DNA of 28,377 bases from the IMG/VR virus record IMGVR_UViG_2675903575_000014, positions 1-28,377 of that record. One strand, written 5' to 3'. This document shows positions 14,767-23,870 of the stretch, in pieces. The notes beneath the pieces were generated by a model that searched no databases, had not been told where the DNA came from, and saw only the letters and a list, made by a program, of their open reading frames with translations. The stretch is from a virus (lineage: Duplodnaviria; Heunggongvirae; Uroviricota; Caudoviricetes). Position numbers and translations under genes: made by a program. Each line of letters begins with the position of its first letter. Position 1 is the first letter of the stretch.

Positions 14767-15045
14767 ATGGCGCACAAGACCAAATTACACAATTCTGATA
14801 ATTCAGCCGCTTTTGCCAGCAGGCACGGGCGGCGTTCTCATGTATTCAAATCTGACTGGTACCAGCATCCCCCATGCACTGAAGAACAGGCCGAATGGCT
14901 GATTCAGTGTTACGGCAGGCGCGGATACGAGGTTAAGAAAGCCCTCAGCCTCGATTATCGTCACTGGATAATCTCTGTCAGGCTCCCTTATTCCGAACGT
15001 CCACCGCGTCCATCCCGCACATACCAGCAACGTATCTGGAGGTAA
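14767..15045 (+). CDS. Hypothetical basic protein (92 aa)
   Basis: ORF ending 1 nt before the GTG of the next gene, whose GGAGG SD lies within its 3' end; weak own SD. Confidence 0.35.
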   Translation: MAHKTKLHNSDNSAAFASRHGRRSHVFKSDWYQHPPCTEEQAEWLIQCYGRRGYEVKKALSLDYRHWIISVRLPYSERPPRPSRTYQQRIWR

Positions 15046-15046
15046 C

Positions 15047-16096
15047 GTGCGGGTATTACTTCGACCTGTTCTGGTACCGGAACTCGGGCTGGTGGTCCTT
15101 AATCCGGGCCGTGAATCCATGCCGGTATTTTACAATACCCGGGTGTTGGTGGAGCCGGAACCGAAAAACATGCGGGCGCTGCCATCAGGAGAGGTTCCCG
15201 CTGTTCGCCAGCCGCTGGCGCAAGACAAATCGTTACTGCCATTTTTCAGCGATGAGCGGGTGATCCGTGCTGTAGGTGGTGCAGGCGCACTGTCTGACTG
15301 GCTATTACGTCACGTGAAATCCTGCCAGTGGCCACACGGCGATTATCATCACAGCGAAACCGTCATACATCGTTACGGTACTGGCGCGATGGTGTTGTGC
15401 TGGCACTGCGACAACCAGCTGCGGGAGCAGACATCTGATTCACTGGAGCAACTTGCTCAGCAGAATCTGGCTGCCTGGATGATTGACGTCATACGTCACG
15501 CAATGAATGGCACACAAGAGCGGGAATTATCGCTGGCTGAATTATCCTGGTGGGCGGTCTGCAATCAGGTGGCGGACGCGCTACCGGAGGCAGTATTACG
15601 TCGCTCTCTGGGATTACGTGCGGAAAAAATCCACTCGGTGTATCGCGAAAGTGACATCGTACCGGGAGAGCAGAGCGCCACCAGCATACTGAAGCAGCGC
15701 ACAAAAAATCTTGCGCCGTTGCCTCATGTCCACCAGCAACAAATCCCGCCACAGGAAAAGACGGTGGTCAGCATTGCCGTTGATCCGGAGTCTCCTGAAT
15801 CTTTCATGAGGCGACCTAAACGTCGCCGTTGGGTAAATGAGAAATATACGCGCTGGGTGAAGACACAGCCGTGTGCGTGTTGTGGTCAACCAGCCGACGA
15901 CCCCCATCACCTGATTGGTCACGGTCAGGGTGGAATGGGAACAAAGGCCCACGATATTTTTACGTTACCGTTGTGTCGTAAACATCATAACGAGCTTCAT
16001 GCAGATCCGTTGGCGTTCGAAGAAAAGCATGGTTCTCAGGTTGATTTAATTTTTCGTTTTCTTGATCACGCCTTTGCAACCGGCGTGCTTGGATAA
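15047..16096 (+). CDS. DUF968/YdfU-like protein with C-terminal HNH-like zinc-finger motif (349 aa)
   Basis: C-terminal CACCG-x-PADDPHHLIGHG...CRKHHNELH resembles an HNH-type motif. Length and position (upstream of rusA and Q) match Qin YdfU, recalled from memory. Confidence 0.65.
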   Translation: MRVLLRPVLVPELGLVVLNPGRESMPVFYNTRVLVEPEPKNMRALPSGEVPAVRQPLAQDKSLLPFFSDERVIRAVGGAGALSDWLLRHVKSCQWPHGDYHHSETVIHRYGTGAMVLCWHCDNQLREQTSDSLEQLAQQNLAAWMIDVIRHAMNGTQERELSLAELSWWAVCNQVADALPEAVLRRSLGLRAEKIHSVYRESDIVPGEQSATSILKQRTKNLAPLPHVHQQQIPPQEKTVVSIAVDPESPESFMRRPKRRRWVNEKYTRWVKTQPCACCGQPADDPHHLIGHGQGGMGTKAHDIFTLPLCRKHHNELHADPLAFEEKHGSQVDLIFRFLDHAFATGVLG

Positions 16097-16108
16097 AAGA
16101 GGTTACTG

Positions 16109-16468
16109 ATGGGGATAGAATTTGTTTTGCCTTACCCGCCGACGGTGAATACCTACTGGCGTCGTCGTGGCAGCACATATTTTGTATCAAAAGCAGGGGA
16201 GCGTTATCGCCGGGATGTGGCGCTTATTGTTCGCCAGCAGCGACTGAAATTAAATCTGTCCGGAAGGCTGGCAATAAAAATTATTGCAGAGCCGCCGGAT
16301 AAGCGCCGTCGTGACCTGGACAATATTCTGAAAGCACCACTGGATGCACTGACACATGCGGGACTGATTATCGACGATGAGCAGTTTGATGAAGTTAATA
16401 TTATGCGCGGTCAGGTTATTCCCGGTGGTCGGCTGGGGATAAAAATCACAGAACTGGAGTGCGCATGA
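16109..16468 (+). CDS. rusA: Holliday junction resolvase RusA (119 aa)
   Basis: Motifs PPTVNTYWRRRG and PDKRRRDLDNILKAPLDALTHAGLIIDD align with E. coli RusA ([23 protein letters not shown]). Confidence 0.85.
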   Translation: MGIEFVLPYPPTVNTYWRRRGSTYFVSKAGERYRRDVALIVRQQRLKLNLSGRLAIKIIAEPPDKRRRDLDNILKAPLDALTHAGLIIDDEQFDEVNIMRGQVIPGGRLGIKITELECA

Positions 16469-17130
16469 ATAACCAGTATTTACAGTTTGTGCGTGAGCAG
16501 CTCACGATCGCCACCGCTGATTTGAGTGGAGCAACAAAAGGTCAGCTTGAAGCCTGGCAGGAGAATGCCATGTTCAATACAGGGCGTTACAGACGTAAAA
16601 AAATCCGGTGCCGCGATAAGGTCACTGGAAAAATAGTAACGCTGGATAATCCACCGATCCCGGGAAAGCAATCGCTGGTGAAAGGTTCATCAATTGCCCT
16701 GGTCAGTCCGGTTGAGTTTTCGACATCATCATGGCGACGCGCCGTTCTGTCTCTTGAAGAACATCATAAAGCCTGGCTGCTGTGGTGTTACAGCGGTAGC
16801 ATTTGCTGGGAGCATCAGATCGCGATAACGCAGTGGGCGTGGACTGAATTTAATGCTCAATCCGGTACCAGAAAAATTGCAGGAAAAACTCTGGTGCGCC
16901 TGAAGACGTTGATCTGGTTGGCGGCGCAGGCGGTAAAAGCTGAGCTTTTTGGTGGGGAAGGTTACGAATACCAGGAACTGGCGTTACTGGTGGGAGTAAC
17001 AACCAAAAACTGGTCCAAGACATTTACTGGTCACTGGGTTGCAATGAAACACATTTTTCATCGGCTGGATGGTGAAGCTTTATTGTTGGTGGAGGGAACA
17101 CGTTCAAAACAAAAGGCGGCATTTTCATAG
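16465..17130 (+). CDS. Putative late-gene antiterminator (Q-like, 221 aa)
   Basis: Position immediately after rusA and before the pR'-like promoter and terminator; Cys/His/Trp-rich central region; ATGA overlap with the rusA stop. Assigned mainly by synteny. Confidence 0.55.
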   Translation: MNNQYLQFVREQLTIATADLSGATKGQLEAWQENAMFNTGRYRRKKIRCRDKVTGKIVTLDNPPIPGKQSLVKGSSIALVSPVEFSTSSWRRAVLSLEEHHKAWLLWCYSGSICWEHQIAITQWAWTEFNAQSGTRKIAGKTLVRLKTLIWLAAQAVKAELFGGEGYEYQELALLVGVTTKNWSKTFTGHWVAMKHIFHRLDGEALLLVEGTRSKQKAAFS

Positions 17131-17137
17131 CAAAGTA

Positions 17138-17166
17138 TTGCAAAAGTAGATAAAAAGGCATATATT
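17138..17166 (+). promoter_or_regulatory. Putative late promoter pR' (-35 TTGCAA, 17-bp spacer, -10 TATATT)
   Basis: Good sigma-70 hexamers directly downstream of the Q-like gene. Confidence 0.45.
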
Positions 17167-17214
17167 TCGTGTGAGTCTGATATTTTGCCGTTTTTATACG
17201 TGATGGCAAAGCTA

Positions 17215-17244
17215 GTAAAACCCGTGACCGAGCGGGTTTTTTTA
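17215..17244 (+). terminator. Putative tR' terminator
   Basis: AAAACCCG-TGACCGAG-CGGGTTTTTTTA hairpin with a T7 run, about 50 nt downstream of the putative pR'. Confidence 0.55.
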
Positions 17245-17383
17245 TCCCTAAAAAATGGCATAGACATTAAACGTGATGATGATTGTGCCAATACTTTCTC
17301 CATCAATGACGCCCCTTGACTGCATGGAATCCAATTTGTTATGTAATATGTGTTGATATTTTTGAGTTGTTAATGGTGTTACT

Positions 17384-18097
17384 ATGGATGACAGTGCTCT
17401 GCTCAGAAACTCTTCACTTTTTGTTGCTTATATGGGCTGTCTAGGATGGGGAAGCGCTTATTTCTATGGATGGGGTACTTCATTTTACTATGGCTTTCCA
17501 TGGTGGGTTGTCGGGGCTGGTGTCGATGATGTAGCACGAAGTTTGTTTTATGCTGTGACAGTTATCGTTATATTCCTTATTGGATGGGGAGTTGGTATTG
17601 TTTTCTTTTTGGGCATAAAACAAAAGCGCAATATACAAAATTTGAGTTTTATCCGGCTTTTTCTCGCGATATTGCTGCTTTTTATTCCACCTGTTCTGGA
17701 GTTTTCGGTAATTCATCAGCATGTTGAGCCAGATGTACTGATTTTCTGCATTCTTGCTGCCTTTACAATCACGCTTTTTGTCAGGTTTGGAAGAAGACTT
17801 GTTTCAGTCAAATGTTTTTCGGAAATGTCTTTTATTCGTCATCACCGAATTGAGTTCATGATGGCTGGGTTTATGATTTATTTCTGGGCATTCTCTCTTA
17901 TTGCCGGTTGGTACAAACCACAGTTTAAGAGGGAATATCAGGCGATCCACTATGAGAATGTATGGTATTACATTATTGCGCGTTATGATGATCGTCTGGT
18001 GTTATCGAAATCATACAGGAGTGGGGGTAAGAAATTCGTTATATTTAATAGCGGAAATATTAATGATTTTGAAATTAATACAGTCAGAGTGCGTTAA
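17384..18097 (+). CDS. Hypothetical polytopic membrane protein (237 aa), AT-rich late-region moron
   Basis: Five or six predicted hydrophobic helices, rich in Trp/Tyr/Phe; AT-rich codon usage unlike flanking genes; sits where lambdoid phages carry cargo such as stx. Confidence 0.6.
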   Translation: MDDSALLRNSSLFVAYMGCLGWGSAYFYGWGTSFYYGFPWWVVGAGVDDVARSLFYAVTVIVIFLIGWGVGIVFFLGIKQKRNIQNLSFIRLFLAILLLFIPPVLEFSVIHQHVEPDVLIFCILAAFTITLFVRFGRRLVSVKCFSEMSFIRHHRIEFMMAGFMIYFWAFSLIAGWYKPQFKREYQAIHYENVWYYIIARYDDRLVLSKSYRSGGKKFVIFNSGNINDFEINTVRVR

Positions 18098-18270
18098 AAT
18101 TTCTTGAGTAACAAAGATTTTTACCGCCCGCCATTGAGAGGTTTTTTATGCCAGAAAAATGGTTCGGTACATAAAATGTGCAGGTGGTTATTAATACCGG
18201 TCTTTCAGCTTGCTGGCTTTTTCGACAAGAGTTATTGGTATGTCACGTTAACCAATAAAGAGAAAAAGAC

Positions 18271-18468
18271 ATGCTAAAACAGCAGGATATGACCGAAACA
18301 GCCAGAGTGGTGTTTAATGAATTAAGCGTCACTGAACCGGCAACAGTTGGGGAAATTGCGCAGAATACTTACCTTTCACGCGAACGCTGTCAGTTAATAC
18401 TGACCCAGCTTGTTATGGCGGGTCTGGCAGATTATCAGTTCGGTTGTTACAGACGCCTTCCGCAGTGA
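18271..18468 (+). CDS. Hypothetical small protein (65 aa), possible winged-helix regulator
   Basis: AAGAGAAAAAGAC then ATG; the TVGEIAQNTYLSRERCQLILTQL segment resembles an HTH recognition helix. Confidence 0.4.
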   Translation: MLKQQDMTETARVVFNELSVTEPATVGEIAQNTYLSRERCQLILTQLVMAGLADYQFGCYRRLPQ

Positions 18469-18618
18469 AGGTTTTTTCATTTGTGGTAATGGGCGGCTGG
18501 TGGGTGTTAGCGGCACCTGCCAGCCATCTGCTCATGCGTTAGGGTCACAAGCAAACCTCAGGCCCATCTGCTTTGCGCAAAAGCGGTATGAGCCTATCAG
18601 AGAAGTGCTTATTGATCT

Positions 18619-19704
18619 ATGGTTGATACTGTAAAAATATCCAGTTGTGAGTTAATCAACGCTGATTGCCTGGAATTTATCCAGACCTTACCGGAAAACT
18701 CTGTCGATCTGATAGTCACAGACCCGCCATACTTTAAAGTGAAGCCCGAGGGCTGGGATAACCAGTGGAAGGGCGACGATGATTACCTGAAATGGCTGGA
18801 TCAGTGTCTGGCTCAGTTCTGGCGGGTACTGAAACCTGCCGGAAGTCTCTACCTGTTCTGTGGTCATCGCCTGGCATCTGACACCGAAATCATGATGCGT
18901 GAGCGCTTTAATGTGCTGAACCACATTATCTGGGCGAAGCCATCCGGACGCTGGAACGGGTGCAACAAAGAAAGCCTGCGGGCGTATTTCCCGGCAACAG
19001 AGCGCATTCTGTTTGCCGAACATTATCAGGGGCCATACCAGCCAAAAAATGATGGCTATGCGGCAAAGGAGCGCGAGCTTAAACAACACGTCATGGCCCC
19101 GCTGATTTCTTACTTCCGTGATGCGCGTGAATCACTGGGGATAACGTCCAAACAGATAGCGGAAGCCACCGGAAAGAAAAACATGGTGTCGCACTGGTTT
19201 GGTACCTGTCAGTGGCAGTTACCGAACGAAGCTGATTACAGAAAACTGCAGGCGCTGTTCGCGTGTGTTGCAGAAGAAAAGCACCAGCGTGGGGAGCTGG
19301 CAACGCCACACCAGCAACTGGTCAGCACATACAGTGAACTGAACCGGCAATATGCCAGTCTGCTTGAGGAATACAAATCTCTGCGGCGTTATTTTTCTGT
19401 ATCGGCCGCCGTTCCTTATACGGACGTCTGGACGCATAAGCCCGTGCAGTATTATCCGGGTAAGCATCCCTGCGAAAAACCGGCGGATATGTTGCGTCAG
19501 ATAATTTCTGCCAGCAGTCGTCCGGGGGATGTGGTTGCGGATTTTTTTATGGGATCGGGGGCAACAATAAAAGCAGCAATGGGATTGGGGCGTCGCACGA
19601 TTGGGGTTGAACTTGAGTCCGGGCGTTTTGAACAAACAGTTGGTGAAATATTGGTGCTGAACGATAAATTGCGAAATGCACAATTAGATAAGAACAGGAG
19701 CTAA
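18619..19704 (+). CDS. Orphan DNA methyltransferase (N6-adenine/N4-cytosine, beta class; 361 aa)
   Basis: DPPY catalytic motif near the N-terminus (TDPPYF) and an AdoMet-binding FxGxG motif near the C-terminus (DFFMGSGAT); no adjacent restriction endonuclease candidate. Confidence 0.85.
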   Translation: MVDTVKISSCELINADCLEFIQTLPENSVDLIVTDPPYFKVKPEGWDNQWKGDDDYLKWLDQCLAQFWRVLKPAGSLYLFCGHRLASDTEIMMRERFNVLNHIIWAKPSGRWNGCNKESLRAYFPATERILFAEHYQGPYQPKNDGYAAKERELKQHVMAPLISYFRDARESLGITSKQIAEATGKKNMVSHWFGTCQWQLPNEADYRKLQALFACVAEEKHQRGELATPHQQLVSTYSELNRQYASLLEEYKSLRRYFSVSAAVPYTDVWTHKPVQYYPGKHPCEKPADMLRQIISASSRPGDVVADFFMGSGATIKAAMGLGRRTIGVELESGRFEQTVGEILVLNDKLRNAQLDKNRS

Positions 19705-20222
19705 TCCTCGATTAATATCTAAGCCAAGCAGGATGCTAGGAAGTTCTGATATATTCTGATCGTTTTTCGATGCTTTAAAATGATTTGTGCTGGTTGCGAA
19801 AGCACGTGGTCGGGCACTGCGTTCACGCATCTGGAGGGTGTGAAGCCAGCTTTTTTGTGTGTATTCAGATGGCGTTCTGATTCTATAACGAGTTACGTGG
19901 ACATCAGGGATGGAGAGAATAGGAACGCCATCTTAATACATTTTCCCCGTTTATTTGATATATCTTCCGGATAAGGGATTAGGTCTGGTTTTTTATGTCA
20001 TTCAATAACGCTCTTCTATACTGTATACAATACTTTATCCTGGCAGTGTGTTTAAAACCTGAACTTATCCTTTGTTTCGTTTATAGACAGAAGGGCTAAT
20101 GTCGACTTATCATCAGCAGGATGGCAATAGATGTGTAAGTAGCTGGTCACCAGCTATACTTCAGTGGTACTTCTGAGTGCTTCTCTCCGTGAAATGATTA
20201 TCATCCAGATGGCAGGAGTAGA

Positions 20223-20501
20223 GTGAATATTGATGATATTTCCAGGTGCTCCAGCTTGTTGCAGCGTATTGAGGATGTTAATGCTGAACGAGCCAGGGCC
20301 TTTAGTCGTTTGACAGTTATATTTTCTACCCCTGATCGCCTTTCAGGAAAGAACATTGTTTTATTAAACAGTGATGCCATCCATAAGGTTTTTGAAGAGT
20401 TCATGGCTGCTAATTCAGAATTGCTGGCTCTTGTTGAGGAATACAACGAGATAGCCAGCCGTGTCGGTATGGATGAATTCAACGTCATACTTCGTGGATA
20501 A
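20223..20501 (+). CDS. Hypothetical protein (92 aa)
   Basis: ORF (probably GTG start) followed at 20525-20548 by a strong intrinsic terminator. Confidence 0.4.
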   Translation: MNIDDISRCSSLLQRIEDVNAERARAFSRLTVIFSTPDRLSGKNIVLLNSDAIHKVFEEFMAANSELLALVEEYNEIASRVGMDEFNVILRG

Positions 20502-20524
20502 AAACATGCTTCATATTTTCTGTT

Positions 20525-20548
20525 AGCTCGCTACTGCGAGCTTTTTTG
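20525..20548 (+). terminator. Rho-independent terminator
   Basis: AGCTCGC-TACT-GCGAGCT followed by TTTTTT. Confidence 0.55.
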
Positions 20549-20859
20549 TATCTGAGCCACATCAGGCGCACATCAAAAACACAGAGCCTTTCAGGGCGGG
20601 GAGGGGGCTCTTGCCGTTACACCGTAATGCAAAATAACAGCATACAAAAGGTATCGGTGATGGTTGTTATTGGTGTGGTTTATTAAAAAAGTGTAAGAAA
20701 ATTATGAGCGTTGTAGTTGAACAAAATGGTGAAATTGTATGAGCTCGGCATAATGAAAGTTCTGAAGGTATTGCCTGCACACGCTGTGTAAAGGACGGCA
20801 CGCAACTGCGACTCGTTGCCGTCCTTGAGGACGCATTTACTCAGGCTAAAGGCGAGTTG

Positions 20860-21195
20860 CTATGCTGGGATGACGGAAATGGAGTGCCGAATAGCTGCAC
20901 TTCCGCCTCCTAAATCAATTGTAATATTCCAGTAACCTGAATGCGGTACATGAAGGTGGGCCGGTAATCTCTGAAAAAAACCGCCACCACCGTGATGATG
21001 AAAGCTTCTTGCGTTGCGGTAGTTATTAAAGTTTGTATCTGTCATCAGCAAAATATTGCACTGATGAGAGCAGTCAACCACTACCGTATCTCCTGCATTT
21101 AAATGCATTCTTTTATGTAAAAACTGCATGTGATTTCCCTGATCAGAGGTAATCAGCCATCCCTCTTTCTCTATGATGAGCCAGCGTCCCACCAC
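20860..21195 (-). CDS. Hypothetical protein (111 aa) with His/Gly-rich tract
   Basis: Minus-strand ORF just upstream of the lysis cassette; contains HHHGGGG; a stem-loop (20791-20828) lies downstream. Confidence 0.45.
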   Translation of the reverse strand: MVGRWLIIEKEGWLITSDQGNHMQFLHKRMHLNAGDTVVVDCSHQCNILLMTDTNFNNYRNARSFHHHGGGGFFQRLPAHLHVPHSGYWNITIDLGGGSAAIRHSISVIPA

Positions 21196-21328
21196 TGGCG
21201 GGCTGAATGCTTAACATATCCAGGGTTCAGAAAACGGTAAACCCTGATAAATATCCATATCTTCAAACGTTAATAAAATGTCAGTTACGGGGCCGCTGAT
21301 GGTCCTTTTTATTTACAGGAGAATAAAT

Positions 21329-21718
21329 ATGTCTGAACCCTTATCCGGTTCCAGCACTGCTGTGGCGCTCGGCGGGGCGACGGTATTCGGGCTGTTTACC
21401 GGGACGGATTTCGGGATTGTGTTTGGCGCGTTTGCCGGGGCGTTGTTTGTGGCCACGATGCCACAGGTGATTTCTGTCTGGCGTGTGGCGGCGCATTTTC
21501 TGGTGTCGTTCATTGTTGGCGTGCTGGGGGCGGATGTCCTTGCGTCCTGGCTGGTCGAAAAATTGAATCTCCACAGCACATCTCTCGACGCGCTTTGTGC
21601 GGTACTGGTATCGGTGGTGTCGGTGAAGATTCTCTCATTCATCCACCAGCAGGATATCGCATCGCTGGTATCCGGGCTGTTCTCCCGTCTGCGGGGTGGA
21701 GGCGGTAATGTTAAGTAA
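21329..21718 (+). CDS. Putative holin (129 aa, three predicted transmembrane segments)
   Basis: AGGAG SD; Gly/Ala-rich hydrophobic helices; located immediately upstream of the endolysin. Confidence 0.6.
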   Translation: MSEPLSGSSTAVALGGATVFGLFTGTDFGIVFGAFAGALFVATMPQVISVWRVAAHFLVSFIVGVLGADVLASWLVEKLNLHSTSLDALCAVLVSVVSVKILSFIHQQDIASLVSGLFSRLRGGGGNVK

Positions 21719-21986
21719 CCTTCCCGGATTACTGAATGTGGTGTTAAGCACGGTTATCGTGCTGACGCTCTTTTTTTATCGTCGTGGTGAGTCGAGACAT
21801 AAACCGCTGATGTCGTGGCTGGCCTGGCTGCTGATGCTGCTTTATGCCTTTGCGCCGCTTTGTTATCTGTGTGGTCGCTTTCCACCCGGTAACTGGCTGG
21901 TCGTCCTGATTAACCTGGTGTTCTGCGTGCTGGTGATACGAGCACGCGGGAACGTATCAAAAATCCTTGTATTACGAAGGCGCTGA
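21708..21986 (+). CDS. Second small membrane protein of the lysis cassette (92 aa; holin or antiholin-like)
   Basis: GGAGG SD; its ATG overlaps the holin stop; two or three hydrophobic segments; its stop abuts the endolysin start. Confidence 0.5.
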   Translation: MLSNLPGLLNVVLSTVIVLTLFFYRRGESRHKPLMSWLAWLLMLLYAFAPLCYLCGRFPPGNWLVVLINLVFCVLVIRARGNVSKILVLRRR

Positions 21987-21987
21987 T

Positions 21988-22533
21988 ATGAAGTCGAAAG
22001 ATGAAATTTTTGACGAAATTCTGGGAAAAGAGGGCGGTTACGTCAATCACCCGGATGATAAAGGTGGTCCGACTAAATGGGGCATCACTGAAAAAGTTGC
22101 CCGTGCACACGGTTATCAGGGCGATATGCGTGACCTGACGCGTGGGCAGGCGCTGGAAATACTCGAGGCGGACTACTGGTACGGACCACGATTCGACCAG
22201 GTTGAGGACCTGTCTCCGGATATTGCCGCAGAGTTGTGCGATACGGGCGTGAACATGGGGCCAACTGTGGCGTCCAGAATGCTTCAGCGCTGGCTGAACG
22301 TTTTCAACCTGCGCGGGAAACTCTATCCGGATATGGATGCTGATGGACGCATCGGGCCGCGTACTCTTAATGCATTACGGGCATATCTGAAAAATCGCAG
22401 CAGGGATGGTGAACTGGTACTGGTGAAAGCCCTGAACTGTACGCAGGGCGAGCGTTATCTGGAGCTGGCAGAGAAACGCGAGGCCAATGAGTCGTTTGTC
22501 TATGGCTGGATGAAAGAGCGCGTGGTGGTTTAA
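21988..22533 (+). CDS. Endolysin, glycoside hydrolase family 108-like with C-terminal peptidoglycan-binding domain (181 aa)
   Basis: N-terminal EGGYVNHPDDKGGPTKWGIT is the GH108 signature; C-terminal region resembles a PG-binding domain (GRIGPRTLNALRAY). Confidence 0.85.
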   Translation: MKSKDEIFDEILGKEGGYVNHPDDKGGPTKWGITEKVARAHGYQGDMRDLTRGQALEILEADYWYGPRFDQVEDLSPDIAAELCDTGVNMGPTVASRMLQRWLNVFNLRGKLYPDMDADGRIGPRTLNALRAYLKNRSRDGELVLVKALNCTQGERYLELAEKREANESFVYGWMKERVVV

Positions 22534-22626
22534 AAACTGACACTGAAGTGCTGAACACCCTCAACTCATGCAGGCTCTTTTCTGGGGCTACGATGAGCGA
22601 AAGTAAGGGGCATAGCATCAGATAGC

Positions 22627-22665
22627 AAAAACCCCGGCTGCGGTAACAGTCCGGGGTTTTCTGTT
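22627..22665 (+). terminator. Rho-independent terminator after the endolysin
   Basis: AAAAACCCCGG-13-nt loop-CCGGGGTTTTCTGTTT. Confidence 0.55.
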
Positions 22666-22693
22666 TCTGGCCTTGGGTAAGGCAAAGGAGAAC

Positions 22694-22876
22694 ATGAGGA
22701 AGTATAAACTAATTCTGTTGAGGTTGACTATGAAAAACGGCCTTGAATTGAAAGCGCCTGTAACTGATGACATCAGCAGAGCGGTGGCTTTTGCCATTAA
22801 GTGGGTGGCGGTCGGTATCGCTGTGTCTCCGATGCTGTATGGGATGGCAAAATTGCTCATTGCTGTGAAATCGTAA
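22694..22876 (+). CDS. Small hypothetical membrane protein (60 aa)
   Basis: AAAGGAGA SD; C-terminal hydrophobic segment WVAVGIAVSPMLYGMAKLLIAV. Confidence 0.35.
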   Translation: MRKYKLILLRLTMKNGLELKAPVTDDISRAVAFAIKWVAVGIAVSPMLYGMAKLLIAVKS

Positions 22877-22893
22877 GTGGGGCAGGGGTAAAT

Positions 22894-23028
22894 ATGTCAG
22901 ATAGCATTATAAAACTGGCGCGAATTCTCTGTGTGGTTGTTGGCCTTTCATTTTCAGCAATGTTGGTTGCCATTTTCATTTCCACCGCCTGGCGAGTATT
23001 GAGCTTATCCGGATTGATTGGTGGATAG
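22894..23028 (+). CDS. Small hypothetical membrane protein (44 aa)
   Basis: GGGGCAGGGG upstream; hydrophobic core LCVVVGLSFSAMLVAIFI. Confidence 0.3.
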   Translation: MSDSIIKLARILCVVVGLSFSAMLVAIFISTAWRVLSLSGLIGG

Positions 23029-23032
23029 TGAG

Positions 23033-23215
23033 ATGAAGCGAAAACACTGGACACACAGAATGCCGCGAACGGCGGCGAAATGGGCACTGGTAGCGATACT
23101 GGTGCCTTTTTTCCTGGTGGGATGCGTCAGCCTGGATAAGGCGCGCCAGCTTTTCGATACAGCTTCTCAGGTCTGTGAAATTGTCGACGGTGTTCGGCAG
23201 TGTATGCAGAACTGA
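23033..23215 (+). CDS. Small putative lipoprotein (60 aa)
   Basis: Signal peptide with lipobox-like LVGC (ILVPFFLVGCVS); mature part has two further Cys. Confidence 0.45.
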   Translation: MKRKHWTHRMPRTAAKWALVAILVPFFLVGCVSLDKARQLFDTASQVCEIVDGVRQCMQN

Positions 23216-23302
23216 TCGCCTGTAAGAGCAGAATATTGTTGAATCTAAATTTACTTTGAACAGTGGCCCGGATGGAAAGGGCATCTAAATAGGAGCAGAA
23301 AA

Positions 23303-23512
23303 ATGTTAACTGTAAAAGTCATGTCTCAAAATGGTGGGGAAGAGATCCATTGCGGGCGTAGCATTGGCTATCATCCTGAGCAGCGGAGTATTGCCGTATC
23401 GGGAAAGGATGGGAAAGTCATTCTGAAAGATGGAGATATTGCTTATGTAATGAACCAAAACGCTCAAATAATATCTGTTTATCGGCCCAATAATAGTCAG
23501 AAAAACATTTGA
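23303..23512 (+). CDS. Hypothetical small protein (69 aa)
   Basis: AGGAGCAG SD then ATG; beta-rich composition. Confidence 0.4.
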   Translation: MLTVKVMSQNGGEEIHCGRSIGYHPEQRSIAVSGKDGKVILKDGDIAYVMNQNAQIISVYRPNNSQKNI

Positions 23513-23635
23513 ATTTCGCAAGGCCAAAGTTCAGTGGTGATCGTTATCAACTAATTGAAATAACAAGCTTATGTTTGTGTAATTGGTGATATAGCATGTT
23601 AATGCTGAATATCAGCGTCAACATGGAGTTATACA

Positions 23636-23851
23636 ATGGTTTTTAAACACTATTACGTGAACAAAAATGCTCAGAGCAATGGCGATCATGAGGTGCATGC
23701 TGAGGAATGTTCATATCTTCCTGCTGTAGCTAACCGCGATTACCTTGGTTACTATAGTGATTGTTCTTCGGCGGTAACAGAGGCAAAGGCCAAAGGATAT
23801 TCCCGGGTGAATGGTTGCTATTGGTGTGCCAATAAGTGCCACACGTCTTAA
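23636..23851 (+). CDS. Hypothetical small Cys/His-rich protein (71 aa)
   Basis: ORF with a CxxC...C...H C-terminus (NGCYWCANKCH), followed by the terminator at 23871-23892. Confidence 0.5.
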   Translation: MVFKHYYVNKNAQSNGDHEVHAEECSYLPAVANRDYLGYYSDCSSAVTEAKAKGYSRVNGCYWCANKCHTS

Positions 23852-23870
23852 TCAATTGTCAATAAACCAT

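Noticed and set aside
19780-19974. 64-aa plus-strand ORF in the MTase-to-lysis intergenic region
   Set aside because: No SD, odd composition, and it overlaps the perfect inverted repeat at 19867-19933; more likely non-coding.
17130-21300. Shiga toxin or other known toxin genes, and tRNA genes, in the Q-to-lysis cargo slot
   Set aside because: No ORF resembles StxA/StxB. Scanning for conserved tRNA T-loop motifs (GTTCGAATC-like) found only one partial match, inside the O gene, with no cloverleaf context.
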